A stretch of 64,000 bases of DNA from positions 1 through 64,000 of IMG/VR virus record IMGVR_UViG_3300050821_005343; one strand, written 5' to 3'. The notes under the pieces were generated by a model. That model saw only the letters and a list, made by a program, of their open reading frames with translations, had not been told where the DNA came from and made no database searches. Of the stretch, positions 17,616 through 26,750 are shown piece after piece; position 1 is the first letter of the stretch, and every line of letters starts with the position of its first letter. Source of the stretch: a virus. The position numbers and the translations under genes are program-made.

Positions 17616-18088
17616 GCGACGGCCATAAGCTCACGAACCTCGCTCTCGTTCATGACCTCGCCGACAGTCTTCGCTCCAGCTCGCTTGGCTATTTTAGCGT
17701 AGCCTTTGCCGAATTTCGCCATTTCCAGGCCGGTGCAGTGGCGCATTTCTTTTCCGTTCAGCATGGGGTGGGACAGGAACTGATTCACGACCTGCGCAGT
17801 GGCTGCCCTGACCATCTCCTGCCGTTCGGCCCGACGCTCTACGGTTACGGCCCTTTGACCTTGGCTCTGCGCGTAGGTGAGCATATTGACGAAGAAGTAC
17901 CAATCAATCGCGCTGCGGTGATCCTCGTCTCCTTCGATTAGCTCACGGAACCTATCGAATAGATCTTCCTTGCTAGCGCGCGGGTTACTCTGCACAAGGT
18001 CGACCAAAAGAGCGCGCGTGGTCATGGGCGAGTTCTTCGCGAGGAAGGTAGCGCCGCGCCTAGAAGTGTCAGTGTTAGCGTGTAACAT
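17612..18088 (-). CDS. Hypothetical protein
   Basis: Coupled ORF. Confidence 0.65.
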   Translation of the reverse strand: MLHANTDTSRRGATFLAKNSPMTTRALLVDLVQSNPRASKEDLFDRFRELIEGDEDHRSAIDWYFFVNMLTYAQSQGQRAVTVERRAERQEMVRAATAQVVNQFLSHPMLNGKEMRHCTGLEMAKFGKGYAKIAKRAGAKTVGEVMNESEVRELMAVA

Positions 18089-18590
18089 TGCTCATCTCCG
18101 GTATAGTTATGCCAAGTTCTTTAAGGGCCTTTAGCGCAATGATAAGCTTTAGGTCTCTGGCCCTACTATATTCCTGAATTTTTTCCCGATTAGCCTCGCG
18201 ATAGCAGCGCTTTCTTTCCCGATACTTATCTCGATTGCCCTCGCGGTAGAGGCGGTCTTTTTCCCGCCGCTTATCCTGATTGGCCGCGCGGTAGAGGCGG
18301 TCGTACTCCATCCTCTTCTCCCGATTATCTGCATAGTAGCGTCGAGCCCGTTCCCGTAACTTCTCCTGGTTGTTTGCGTAATTGCGGCGCGCGCATTCCC
18401 GGCTCCGCTCCCTCTCCTTCTCCGGATCGTCTGCTCGCCGGAGGCGCATCGCCTCTTTTGAGCATGCGAGGCACCCGCCATTTACAGAGCGCTCAGCCAC
18501 ATGGCCATGGCAACACGGATTGCCAGTGAAATACCTCTTCAGTCCCATTGCGCGGGCTGTCTTGCAGTCAATGATCTCAGGCATTGCCAT
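18075..18590 (-). CDS. HNH-associated N-terminal domain with Arg/Glu-rich 15-aa repeats, nuclease missing
   Basis: RYFTG.PC.HGH..ER....C..C, then repeated (R)LYR.AN.DK.RE units. Confidence 0.65.
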   Translation of the reverse strand: MAMPEIIDCKTARAMGLKRYFTGNPCCHGHVAERSVNGGCLACSKEAMRLRRADDPEKERERSRECARRNYANNQEKLRERARRYYADNREKRMEYDRLYRAANQDKRREKDRLYREGNRDKYRERKRCYREANREKIQEYSRARDLKLIIALKALKELGITIPEMSNVTR

Positions 18591-19503
18591 TCACCCACGT
18601 TTCGCCGTTCGCCAGACGGTATGTGACGGTCTCGGCCTCTGGATCTGAATCAACCTGCTTGCCAGGAACCAGAGACGGGATGTAAAGATGACTGGGACAA
18701 CCGGCAGCCTGCTCATCCAGAGTCAGCGGCCGATTCCACCGGCTACAATCCCAGCAGGCGTTCTCGCTCGTTGTGATCGGCGTACTGTGCAGACACGTCC
18801 GACAATTACGCCGCGCTAACTCGCCCTCGTGGCACACCGCCTTGTGCTTGCACCAGATACATGGAGGCACGCGGGGGTTTTCGCTTATCTTACTTGGCGG
18901 ATCGTCCGCCTTGATGATGCGCTCGGCCTTTGCCAGGAGTTGTAAGCAAAAAGTGGCATCATACTCAACGCGCCGCTCAAAGATATCATCATCGTTCTTG
19001 TTTACGCATATGTACAAGCATCGTGTCAGGCCGCGCCCGTGCATGTACATCTGGCATTGCGCGTAATGCATCGGCTTGCCTTTCTGCAAGCCCTTCGTCA
19101 AAAGCTCCTTGAATCCCTTGTCGTTCGATGACTTACACTCGACAAGGTGGACCGTCTTCGGCGCCTCCGGAACGCCCCTCGCTTCGGCGTCAATCTTGCC
19201 CCGGACATGGCCGCCGACAAACTTAACGCGCTCCTGCTCTTCGCTGATATAGCAGCCTATTGAGCGCAGGTCGTCGAGGATGCGCTTTTCCTCGATATCG
19301 CCCGTGTCGAAGATGCGGAGCTTGCGGCCTTCTATGACTTCGGGCGGCGAGACGCGGCGGAAGTTCATCCACAAAAATCTATCGCACTCGTGTCCCAAAT
19401 CACCAACATTTATTCCGACAGGCTCGTAGCTGGAGCGCGCGGCTTCATAGGCCTTGAAGATCAGCGCGCGCACGGTGTTGGGCGGCGTGAGGTCGAATCC
19501 CAT
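18577..19503 (-). CDS. Cas4-like/RecB-family PD-(D/E)XK exonuclease
   Basis: LG.EC.R, GKID, VECKS, HYAQCQ.YM and terminal Cys cluster C.WC....C...CRTC. Confidence 0.88.
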   Translation of the reverse strand: MGFDLTPPNTVRALIFKAYEAARSSYEPVGINVGDLGHECDRFLWMNFRRVSPPEVIEGRKLRIFDTGDIEEKRILDDLRSIGCYISEEQERVKFVGGHVRGKIDAEARGVPEAPKTVHLVECKSSNDKGFKELLTKGLQKGKPMHYAQCQMYMHGRGLTRCLYICVNKNDDDIFERRVEYDATFCLQLLAKAERIIKADDPPSKISENPRVPPCIWCKHKAVCHEGELARRNCRTCLHSTPITTSENACWDCSRWNRPLTLDEQAAGCPSHLYIPSLVPGKQVDSDPEAETVTYRLANGETWVNGNA

Positions 19504-19688
19504 TATCCAACCGCCTTCTCGATGGCGTGTACAATACATCCCAGAGCAGTGCTTACCAATATTATAGCTATGCACCACATGCCAAAAGTTTCTATCGGAG
19601 GATGAAATAATTGATAGGACAGGCAGAAAAAACCCACGGCTCCGCCCAAATCAACCACTATAGAGACTATCCTGCCCATCTTAGTCAT
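19503..19688 (-). CDS. Small two-TM membrane protein
   Basis: Two hydrophobic segments; AAGGA RBS. Confidence 0.55.
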   Translation of the reverse strand: MTKMGRIVSIVVDLGGAVGFFCLSYQLFHPPIETFGMWCIAIILVSTALGCIVHAIEKAVG

Positions 19689-19729
19689 CCTTTAGAGGTT
19701 TGGGGCGGCGCTAGGCCGCCCCATTAACG

Positions 19730-20248
19730 TTACGCGCGCTTGGCCCACGGGCGGGCGCCAGTAGCCGCAACAGCGGCTGGACGTACGACCGCGGCGGGTA
19801 CCGGCCTAGCGGCAGCGGGCGCAGGAGGAGGAGCCGGCGTCTCGTTCTGCCGGTAGTATTTCAGGATCTTGTTCTTGTCCTTATACTGCGGGTCTTTGCT
19901 TTTCTCGATGCCCACCCGTGCAAGAAATGGCTTATAAAGCAACGCATCAGAGTCGCCTGTGAGCACTCCGACCGCGTGACCCCATGCCGAAAGATCACGC
20001 CACGCAATCTCGACGGCCTTCGGGTTCTTGTTCTCGATGTTGAAGTTGACGTAGAACGAGGAGCCCTCAAGTTCGCCCTCGATCACGGTGAACTTGGCGG
20101 TGACATACTTTCCGGTGCCGTCCTTGGTGACGTTTTCGTCGCTGATTTCGTCGGCCTGCAGCCGGTAGTCGTCGATCGGTAGTAGTTCTCCTCCACCACC
20201 GCCTGTAGACGGCTCGATGGTGCTCAAGTCTTGTAGTTGAAAACCCAT
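19730..20248 (-). CDS. DUF669 phage single-stranded DNA-binding protein
   Basis: Follows the Sak4-like gene; TKDG.G.Y, N.KAVEIA and C-terminal PW motif. Confidence 0.85.
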   Translation of the reverse strand: MGFQLQDLSTIEPSTGGGGGELLPIDDYRLQADEISDENVTKDGTGKYVTAKFTVIEGELEGSSFYVNFNIENKNPKAVEIAWRDLSAWGHAVGVLTGDSDALLYKPFLARVGIEKSKDPQYKDKNKILKYYRQNETPAPPPAPAAARPVPAAVVRPAAVAATGARPWAKRA

Positions 20249-20259
20249 AGTCGTTGCTC

Positions 20260-21057
20260 CTACTCTGCTGCTTGTTGAACTTGTGTACTGATGCCCGTCG
20301 GCTGCGGGAAGTATTTGGCGATGGCCTCGTAGCCTTTACCGGCGCGGTATTCGACCGATTCAGGCATCTGGTAGCGGTTCTTAGCCAAAAAACCGGCACG
20401 CTCCTCGAGATGAATTAGACGCGATCCGCCGCCTACTCCGTGCGAAACTTTCTTGTTGAAGCCTACTTCCTTCTCCTTGATGCTGATTCGATAGTTGAAG
20501 AACCCGACAATATCGGCGTGCTCTTGCACGAGGGCTCCGGCGCGCTCGTGCAGCTTGATTAGATATCTCGAGTATGGGTCGGACGTCGGCGAGTCGAAGC
20601 GTTTAACTTCGCTATGCGCGATCATAACTACGGCCATGCCGTATGCGGCCATCGCGTTCATGCGAGCAATGAATTCTAGCCATGCCGAATCCGCGATCTT
20701 AAAGCCCTTACCCCAACCAGGGGTTTCGATGTTCGCCCATTCTGGCGTCTGCTGCTTGCAGACGTAGCTCCAAACCATCGGCTCCATAGCGTCGAGAGAA
20801 TCAATGACGACGGTTTTGTATTCGTGCCGTTCGGTCAGCAGCGATTCCATTGCGCCGAGAACGTCATCGAATGTCTCAATTTCTCCAAAGCTGTCGATCT
20901 CGATGCCGCCCGGAGTTCCCTGTTCGCACTGAATGAAAACCGGGTCTGGCCACTCGGCGGCAAAGCTCGTCTTGCCGATGCCGTGTACGCCGTAGGCAAT
21001 GAACCTAGGCGGGTTTACTGCCTTGACGCGGCGCAGCGATGCGAGAGATTTTGCCAT
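20260..21057 (-). CDS. AAA_24 / Sak4-like ATPase recombinase
   Basis: YG..GIGKTSFA, TVVIDSLD, G.GKG, IAH, AKNRY. Confidence 0.92.
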   Translation of the reverse strand: MAKSLASLRRVKAVNPPRFIAYGVHGIGKTSFAAEWPDPVFIQCEQGTPGGIEIDSFGEIETFDDVLGAMESLLTERHEYKTVVIDSLDAMEPMVWSYVCKQQTPEWANIETPGWGKGFKIADSAWLEFIARMNAMAAYGMAVVMIAHSEVKRFDSPTSDPYSRYLIKLHERAGALVQEHADIVGFFNYRISIKEKEVGFNKKVSHGVGGGSRLIHLEERAGFLAKNRYQMPESVEYRAGKGYEAIAKYFPQPTGISTQVQQAAE

Positions 21058-21254
21058 CAGACGTTCTCCACTATTACCGGAGGCTCTCCTAGGCTGACGC
21101 GGGCGACGAGCCGGTAGATAGCCATATTCTCTCCGTTCTCTATGGCCTCGACCTTGGCTTCGTCGATCGCTGCCTGTAAGGATAAGACGTCGCCCGATGG
21201 ATCATCCGTGCAGACAAAAAACTGTCCCTTGTCGTTATCGTTCTTTGCCATCAC
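21057..21254 (-). CDS. Hypothetical protein
   Basis: Coupled small ORF. Confidence 0.6.
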   Translation of the reverse strand: MMAKNDNDKGQFFVCTDDPSGDVLSLQAAIDEAKVEAIENGENMAIYRLVARVSLGEPPVIVENV

Positions 21255-21655
21255 GCAAACCTCTCGATTTTAACTTCCGGCCTTGCTATTGCGAGGCGCT
21301 TGAAGACCGCGAACTGAGCCCCAGGATCGTCGCGCGCGAGTTCGTAAGCGTGCGCTTCGGCTTCCTCTTGCGTGTCGAAAGTCTCGTCTTCGTCCTCGAT
21401 GTAGACGACCTGGAACCTGGCGGCGGGGGAGGAGGCTGCGGTGGGAGAGGCGAGTTCTATGTTGTCCTCCCTCACCCACCAACGATTTTCCTCGAGGTCT
21501 CCCAAGTCGGCATCGTGGCCTCCGGTCCAGTCGGGGAACTCAACGGCTATGCCTGCGTCGCCATTAATGACAATCGTCCCTAAATCAGTCTGTGGGTGAT
21601 GCGTCGACACCCATGCCTTCACCCTCACCCTATCGCCAACCTTAAACTTGCTCAT
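21251..21655 (-). CDS. Hypothetical phage protein (KFKVGDRVRV N-terminus)
   Basis: AGGAG RBS; SH3-like N-terminal motif. Confidence 0.7.
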   Translation of the reverse strand: MSKFKVGDRVRVKAWVSTHHPQTDLGTIVINGDAGIAVEFPDWTGGHDADLGDLEENRWWVREDNIELASPTAASSPAARFQVVYIEDEDETFDTQEEAEAHAYELARDDPGAQFAVFKRLAIARPEVKIERFA

Positions 21656-21918
21656 GCTCTTGCTCCTTCCGTATCGCCGTGCTCTCTATGCAAATCCTGT
21701 AAGTGCAGCAGACACCAAAGCGCCATTTCAGTTAGTGTAGGCTCTGGCCGTCCATACCGAGCCGCTGTTTTTTTCTTGACCATACCTTCGCGTTCCAGAA
21801 TCTTACGCACGCTAGTCTCGGAACAATCCAGGTGCGCTGCTATGCGAACGACCGACAACCCCGTCCGCCTTGCTTCAAGAACAACCGTCGTATCAGGGGC
21901 TGGTCGCTGTTTACCCAT
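21652..21918 (-). CDS. Cro-position HTH regulator
   Basis: GLSV.RIA.HL.CS.TSVRKIL HTH; first gene of the leftward operon, divergent from the repressor. Confidence 0.65.
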   Translation of the reverse strand: MGKQRPAPDTTVVLEARRTGLSVVRIAAHLDCSETSVRKILEREGMVKKKTAARYGRPEPTLTEMALWCLLHLQDLHREHGDTEGARA

Positions 21919-21929
21919 TGCGTGTGACG

Positions 21930-22080
21930 CCCCGTTTTTGCACCCGATTCCATTTGTAGCGTAGTATGCGCTTGCATGTCAACCAAAAATATGCCAACTT
22001 CAAAAAATTGTTACGCAACCACGGGGTTGCGGTGTTAAGGAGATGGCGTCTTTTTAAGCGGGAAATATAGGGGTACGACA
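21930..22080. promoter_or_regulatory. Immunity switch region
   Basis: Leftward TTGACA at 21977-21982 with a 17-bp operator copy at 21956-21972; inverted repeat CGCAACC-ACGG-GGTTGCG at ~22014-22031. Confidence 0.65.
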
Positions 22081-22082
22081 CG

Positions 22083-22496
22083 ATGGCTAGACGAAAACGC
22101 CCGGAAGGCGTGGTCCTCCATCCGACCTACTTGCGCGAATGGCGAAATTATAAAAAGATGACGCTCGAGCAGGTAGGCAAATTGATCGACTTAGATAAGA
22201 GCGCTCTGGCTCGGGTCGAGAATGGGCATAGTCCATACGATCAAATTCATTTGCAGCAATTAGAGCGGGTGTACGGGGTGTCCATCATTGACCTCCTCTA
22301 CACCGACCCCAAACGGCCAATTGACGTCAACGCGCCGTGGGCGACTCATTTTACGCAGCAGGAAAAGAGAGCGCGCGTGGCGAGAGTTCCGCGCGCGACC
22401 GCTGACCTGATGAATCTGGTTCAGAAAGTCGCACCAGAGGATACCGAGACGATTAAAATGGTCGTCGAGGCGGTACTGGCGAAGGGCAAGAAGTGA
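22083..22496 (+). CDS. XRE-family HTH repressor (CI-like, no peptidase domain)
   Basis: LREWR....MTLEQVG......KS.LARVENG. Confidence 0.88.
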   Translation: MARRKRPEGVVLHPTYLREWRNYKKMTLEQVGKLIDLDKSALARVENGHSPYDQIHLQQLERVYGVSIIDLLYTDPKRPIDVNAPWATHFTQQEKRARVARVPRATADLMNLVQKVAPEDTETIKMVVEAVLAKGKK

Positions 22497-22600
22497 CGGT
22501 ATGCGCTATGTCGTGCATTTTTTTGCTTGACATTAATGTGCAGAGCGGTTATTAGTGATCCGTCAGCCCAATATCGGACTGCCGAGAAGGAGACGTCAAT

Positions 22601-22807
22601 ATGGATAAGGTTAATGTTAGATTTATTCCGCGCGTAACCGATATGCGCAACGGCACATTTAGGCCAGAGGTGGTTATAGATGACGGCGCGCTGGGCGACA
22701 TCATCATCGGCGCACCCGTAGCCTCGTACGAAGAGGCGATGAGCGTCGCTAATGAACGCACCCGTAGCCTCGTACAGAGAGGCAGTTACCGTTGGGCGCG
22801 GAGCTAA
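22601..22807 (+). CDS. Hypothetical protein (paralog of 23204-23482)
   Basis: AGGAG RBS; IPRVT.M.NG.FRPEVV motif. Confidence 0.7.
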   Translation: MDKVNVRFIPRVTDMRNGTFRPEVVIDDGALGDIIIGAPVASYEEAMSVANERTRSLVQRGSYRWARS

Positions 22808-23058
22808 AGGTGAGAGAAACGCACGAGGCCACGCAACCTTGGGTGGCCGAAGGAATATGTCGACGCACTTGGTATCTCCGACGGGCTAAGGCTGGAATAA
22901 GGACAGGAAAGAGACAGGATAATAAGGTCAAGTGTTTTTTCCGAGCGGAGGTTTCCACGTTAGAGGCGGTCCGGGCCAGAGCGAAGATAACAGGTAAAAC
23001 ACCCAGCGCTGTTATTCGCGATGTCGTTGAGCGGGCCGTTGCCAGTTGGGGGGATTAG
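22792..23058 (+). CDS. Small DNA-binding protein (PWxAEGIxRRTWY plus RHH-like tail)
   Basis: The motif named above and C-terminal A...GKT.S.VIR..VE. Confidence 0.55.
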   Translation: MGAELKVRETHEATQPWVAEGICRRTWYLRRAKAGIRTGKRQDNKVKCFFRAEVSTLEAVRARAKITGKTPSAVIRDVVERAVASWGD

Positions 23059-23203
23059 CGGCCTCCACAAATATGTTATTTTCGTTTGGTATGCCCCCCC
23101 CCAATGTGTCAACAAAAACCCTTTGCAAATCTTTGTGAACTAAGGTCAATGTACGAAACCGTACAGAAAGTTTCTTGACGGCAAGGAGGCGAACGTAAAC
23201 ACC

Positions 23204-23482
23204 GTGCAAACGATCGAAAGGGGCGGCCTGATTATAATACCGCGAGTTACGAACATGCAAAACGGCTTTTTCCGGCCGGAGGTTGTCTATAGCAACGGAA
23301 GGACCAGCGACATAATCTTTGGTGATCTGCATCTTAGCCGTGTGCGTTGCGCGTCGATCGCAGAGCACGCCGCGCTGGCTGCGGCGATGATGAGTAAGAA
23401 CATGGGTGGTGCGTGGGACGAATGCGCTCGAGGATTGGCCAATTGTAAGCGCATGGCCGAGATTCTTGTGGGTTCGATTTAG
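23204..23482 (+). CDS. Hypothetical protein (paralog of 22601-22807)
   Basis: AGGAGG upstream; IPRVT.M.NG.FRPEVV motif. Confidence 0.65.
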   Translation: MQTIERGGLIIIPRVTNMQNGFFRPEVVYSNGRTSDIIFGDLHLSRVRCASIAEHAALAAAMMSKNMGGAWDECARGLANCKRMAEILVGSI

Positions 23483-23518
23483 TTTTTGCTTAATTCTTAG
23501 GACGCCTATTTCTACCCT

Positions 23519-23545
23519 GGCCCGCTTCGGCGGGCTTTTATTTTG
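23519..23545 (+). terminator. Intrinsic terminator
   Basis: GGCCCGC-TTCG-GCGGGCT followed by TTTATTTT. Confidence 0.8.
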
Positions 23546-23607
23546 CTAGGTCGCCGTGTTTGGAACTTTAAGCATTTCAATGGGTCTTTCCGGCGAGCTA
23601 GGTCGTG

Positions 23608-23678
23608 TAAGAGGTTGATTTTATTGCTTGCTGGTGCGGGCGGAGGGACTCGAACCGGCCATATAAATCAAAGACTTA
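23608..23678. other. attP site (tRNA 3'-end core with flanking IHF boxes)
   Basis: 23632-23656 is the reverse complement of GGTTCGAGTCCCTCCGCCCGCACCA; WATCAANNNNTTR matches at 23608-23620 (-) and 23666-23678 (+); abuts the integrase stop. Confidence 0.85.
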
Positions 23679-24689
23679 GGCATTTGTTTTCGACCGATCG
23701 GCAATAAGCCTGGCCAGCGCGGCGTCGGAAAGTTTTGGCACGCTCGCCTTGCGCGCATACAGCTTGGCCATGTCATTGCCAAGGATTGCTCCAATCTCCC
23801 GGTCAGTCGCTCCGCTCTCGGCGAGCTTGACCGCAAGTGCTTTGCGCAGCCCGTGCGCGCTGCCGGGAACGCCTGCGGCGACGCACGCTTCCTTAAACCA
23901 ATTGCCGAACGACTCCTTGACGAACGGGCGGCCGTAGTCGTTCACGACGAACGACTCACCGCCTGGTGTCGCTGCGATCGACCGCGCAAGGGGCGGCAGG
24001 ATGCGAATAGAGACCCGCTGGCCGGTCTTGGCGGTGTCTAAGATGATTGAGCCGTCCATGACGTTCTTCGGCCCTACGCGGGCAGCGTCGCCGCGTCGTA
24101 GGCCGGTCCATAGCATTAGGTCAAACGCCAGCCGTTCTCGCGTACCGACGTGCCAGTGCGACTCGAACCTCGAAAGTTCTTCGGTAGTCCATGTATGGAA
24201 ACCATCGCCACGCAATCTGGAGACTTTGATTCCGACAGTAGGGTCGACGTCTATGTGTTCTCTGGACAAAGCCCATTGAAAAATGGCGCGAAGCGTTCCG
24301 AGGAAGTTTCTGGCTTGAGCGGGTGTGCCAGATCGTGCATCAAGGCTTGCGATGATGAATTTACGGGTCCAGACTTCGAGGGGCTGGTTTCCGGCGCGCT
24401 CGAGGGCGACGCGCATGAGGTTGTCTCGCTGACGTTTAGTTGCAATGGATAGCCTAGACCAAGCCGGGCTTGCGCGGTAGAGATTCCAAAGCCACTCGAA
24501 CGAGCCTTCACCCCTTCTAGGTCGAGCAGCATTTGTTCCCGAGTCTGCAAGTCGGTATTCTCGTAAGAACTCTGCGCTTCCGTAGTCCCCGCGCAGACGA
24601 ACACGCCGCCCAGTTCCCCTCCGATAGTACCAAAACGTTTTACCACGGGATTCCTCTCGGCGTAGGTAGGGGAGTCTTGGTCTGGGCAT
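23676..24689 (-). CDS. int: Tyrosine integrase
   Basis: TGLRRGD, KTG, HGLRK and catalytic Y (LYAR); start at MPRPRLPYL. Confidence 0.95.
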   Translation of the reverse strand: MPRPRLPYLRREESRGKTFWYYRRGTGRRVRLRGDYGSAEFLREYRLADSGTNAARPRRGEGSFEWLWNLYRASPAWSRLSIATKRQRDNLMRVALERAGNQPLEVWTRKFIIASLDARSGTPAQARNFLGTLRAIFQWALSREHIDVDPTVGIKVSRLRGDGFHTWTTEELSRFESHWHVGTRERLAFDLMLWTGLRRGDAARVGPKNVMDGSIILDTAKTGQRVSIRILPPLARSIAATPGGESFVVNDYGRPFVKESFGNWFKEACVAAGVPGSAHGLRKALAVKLAESGATDREIGAILGNDMAKLYARKASVPKLSDAALARLIADRSKTNA

Positions 24690-24869
24690 GCACCCATTAT
24701 GCGTGCGCAACAGGTGGAGGCAAGCGTTTTTGTTTCGGCGCCGGCCCCGCCGACTGCACAATGCAAATCGCGCCGCTCGGCAAAAGCTCGACTTGCCAGA
24801 CGCCTGGTGCTTTGGCCGCCGCGCGTAGGGCGCGTGCAAGGTCGGCTTGGCGGTGGGTGGCGCGCTGGG

Positions 24870-25526
24870 TCACGGCTTGCTCCCCGGAGAGATCGGCAGC
24901 CCGCGCACGCGCTCGAGCAGAACCTGAAGGTTTGCCAGCGCGCGCCAGGCGACCTTGACGTCGTGAAAAAAACCGTCATCGTCGACAGTGCCGGCTTCCG
25001 CAAGATGGCGCATGAGGCAGTCAAGCTGGTCGGTGGACTTGCCGCGCGCCCAGTGCAGCGGCTCGCCCTTGTTGTGCTTCTCGTTGCCGGCGTGTGACAG
25101 AGCGGCGACTTCCGCCAATGCGTCAGGAAAATAACGTAGCAGGCCGGAGTGCATTGGAAGCTTCTTGCGCGATTCGCTGTCAGTCAAGAGGCGGGTCGGG
25201 CAACCGGCGGCGGCTATCAGTTCCGCCATAGCGTCGACAACGGGGGGGTCAAACGCATCTTCAGGCTTTCGGTCCCGCGAACCTTCCCTCTCGCCCGCGC
25301 GAGGCGTGTTGGTGATGCCTGGCGTGTGAACGCCGGTCGCGTACCATTCAGACCCGTCCCATTTGTACTCGCCGCCGTCGACCCACTTGCGGTCGCCAGG
25401 TAGGGGACTGTTGGGGACAGTGACCCAACATGAAGAATCGTCCCGCCAGACCTGCTCTGTACCGTCGGCAAGGACTCGGCGGCCTTCGGTTTTATTTCCC
25501 ATCTCTCCACCCCATCCACTCATCAA
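24870..25526 (-). CDS. dATP/dGTP diphosphohydrolase domain protein (DUF5664)
   Basis: FPDALAEVA..S..G.EKH...HW.RGKS.D..D...RHL...AWRALA.LQ. Confidence 0.82.
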   Translation of the reverse strand: MMSGWGGEMGNKTEGRRVLADGTEQVWRDDSSCWVTVPNSPLPGDRKWVDGGEYKWDGSEWYATGVHTPGITNTPRAGEREGSRDRKPEDAFDPPVVDAMAELIAAAGCPTRLLTDSESRKKLPMHSGLLRYFPDALAEVAALSHAGNEKHNKGEPLHWARGKSTDQLDCLMRHLAEAGTVDDDGFFHDVKVAWRALANLQVLLERVRGLPISPGSKP

Positions 25527-26719
25527 GCCACACTCACAATTGTCTGCCCGTACCAGCCGCTAGCGTTGTGATAGACGTTCGCCGTCATGCTGCGGCCGGA
25601 CTGATAGCCCTTGCCAGCGTGCCAGGCGTCCTTGGCGGCTATCGTCTCGTATGATCTCCAGATCATGCTCCCCGCAGTGCCGCCCTTCGCATAGTGGTGG
25701 ACGTGGCCGAAGTCAGCGTAACGCCAAATCGTGTCGCCCCACATCTTCGGCCATTCGGTTGCGGCAAACAGCGCGGCGCGCTCTGGCTTAAGCTCGTCTC
25801 CGTGCGTCTTGAACAGCATTGTCTTGCCGAACTGGTGGACGAAGAACTTGCTAGGGTTGAAGTTGAGTTCGACCCGCGGCTCGTTGCGAAACCAAGCCCA
25901 CAGCGCGAGCGCCGCAGCCATTGCGATTTCAGGGTCGTGATTGCCGCGAAGCCAGCAGACGATTACTTTTTCGTGCTTAGCAAGTAGCCGCTCGATGCAG
26001 GAAACTGCCAGTTTTAGGCCAACTTGCAAAACCTTGCCGTATCGGCCGTCAACGTCAACCAGTGTTCCCTTGGCGGTTTCGTTCTTGGAGCTGTTGGAAT
26101 GAAAGAAGTCGCCGAGGTTCGTAAAGATAGCAGTTTCGGAAGCCTGCGTGCGCCCGACTAGCTCATCCATCTTGTCGACCAGCAGCTTCTCGCCGATCTT
26201 CAGATCATAAGATGTGCCGGTCTCTGGCTTCCATGCCAGCAAGCCGAGATGGTGGTCACCGAGGATGTAGTCGGTCAGCAGCGCCGATTGCGACACCGTA
26301 GGCCGCACGATCGGCAGCCTTGGCGTTATCGAGGACAGCGCCTCTTTGATGCTGTCGATTGAGAACGCGGCGACGCTGGCATCGCGGTCTGACTTGATCC
26401 ACTTGGCGACTTCTCGTCCTTCCGCATCAACGAGCGCCGAGACGCCCTTGATGCGCTGCCCGGTAGGAAGCTCGTAGACTTCGCCGGCCGCTTTGGTTTG
26501 CTTTACCCAGACGTCTCCGTCCTTCGCGGATATCTGGCGGGTGGCCATCCCCGGCAGCCCCAGCCGGTACCCAAGCGCCCCGCGCTCGGCGCGACGCCGC
26601 TGCTTGCTGCGCCGCAAGCGCATACAGTCGTAGGAGACGTTGGCCTTGTCGGCAGCCTCTTGCAGGCCGCCGCACTCGTCGACAAAGGCCGTCCAGTTGG
26701 TTTCTTGTTCGGCCGTCAT
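25523..26719 (-). CDS. Calcineurin-like metallophosphoesterase with N-terminal HTH
   Basis: GDHHLG, LGDFFH, GNHD, HGD, GHVHH. Confidence 0.85.
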   Translation of the reverse strand: MTAEQETNWTAFVDECGGLQEAADKANVSYDCMRLRRSKQRRRAERGALGYRLGLPGMATRQISAKDGDVWVKQTKAAGEVYELPTGQRIKGVSALVDAEGREVAKWIKSDRDASVAAFSIDSIKEALSSITPRLPIVRPTVSQSALLTDYILGDHHLGLLAWKPETGTSYDLKIGEKLLVDKMDELVGRTQASETAIFTNLGDFFHSNSSKNETAKGTLVDVDGRYGKVLQVGLKLAVSCIERLLAKHEKVIVCWLRGNHDPEIAMAAALALWAWFRNEPRVELNFNPSKFFVHQFGKTMLFKTHGDELKPERAALFAATEWPKMWGDTIWRYADFGHVHHYAKGGTAGSMIWRSYETIAAKDAWHAGKGYQSGRSMTANVYHNASGWYGQTIVSVA

Positions 26720-26750
26720 TTGTCGTCCTTAGCTGTGAGGAAAAACGAGA

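Noticed and set aside
18577-19503. Cas4-like gene as evidence of a CRISPR system
   Set aside because: It sits in the standard Sak4-SSB-exonuclease recombination module; no repeat-spacer array or other cas genes were seen.
23632-23656. Second tRNA gene
   Set aside because: Only the T-loop to CCA end is present, with no D arm or anticodon arm; treated as the attP core.
24870-25526. Z-genome or deazaguanine DNA modification pathway
   Set aside because: No purZ, datZ, dpdA, folE or queC-like genes were recognised in the window.
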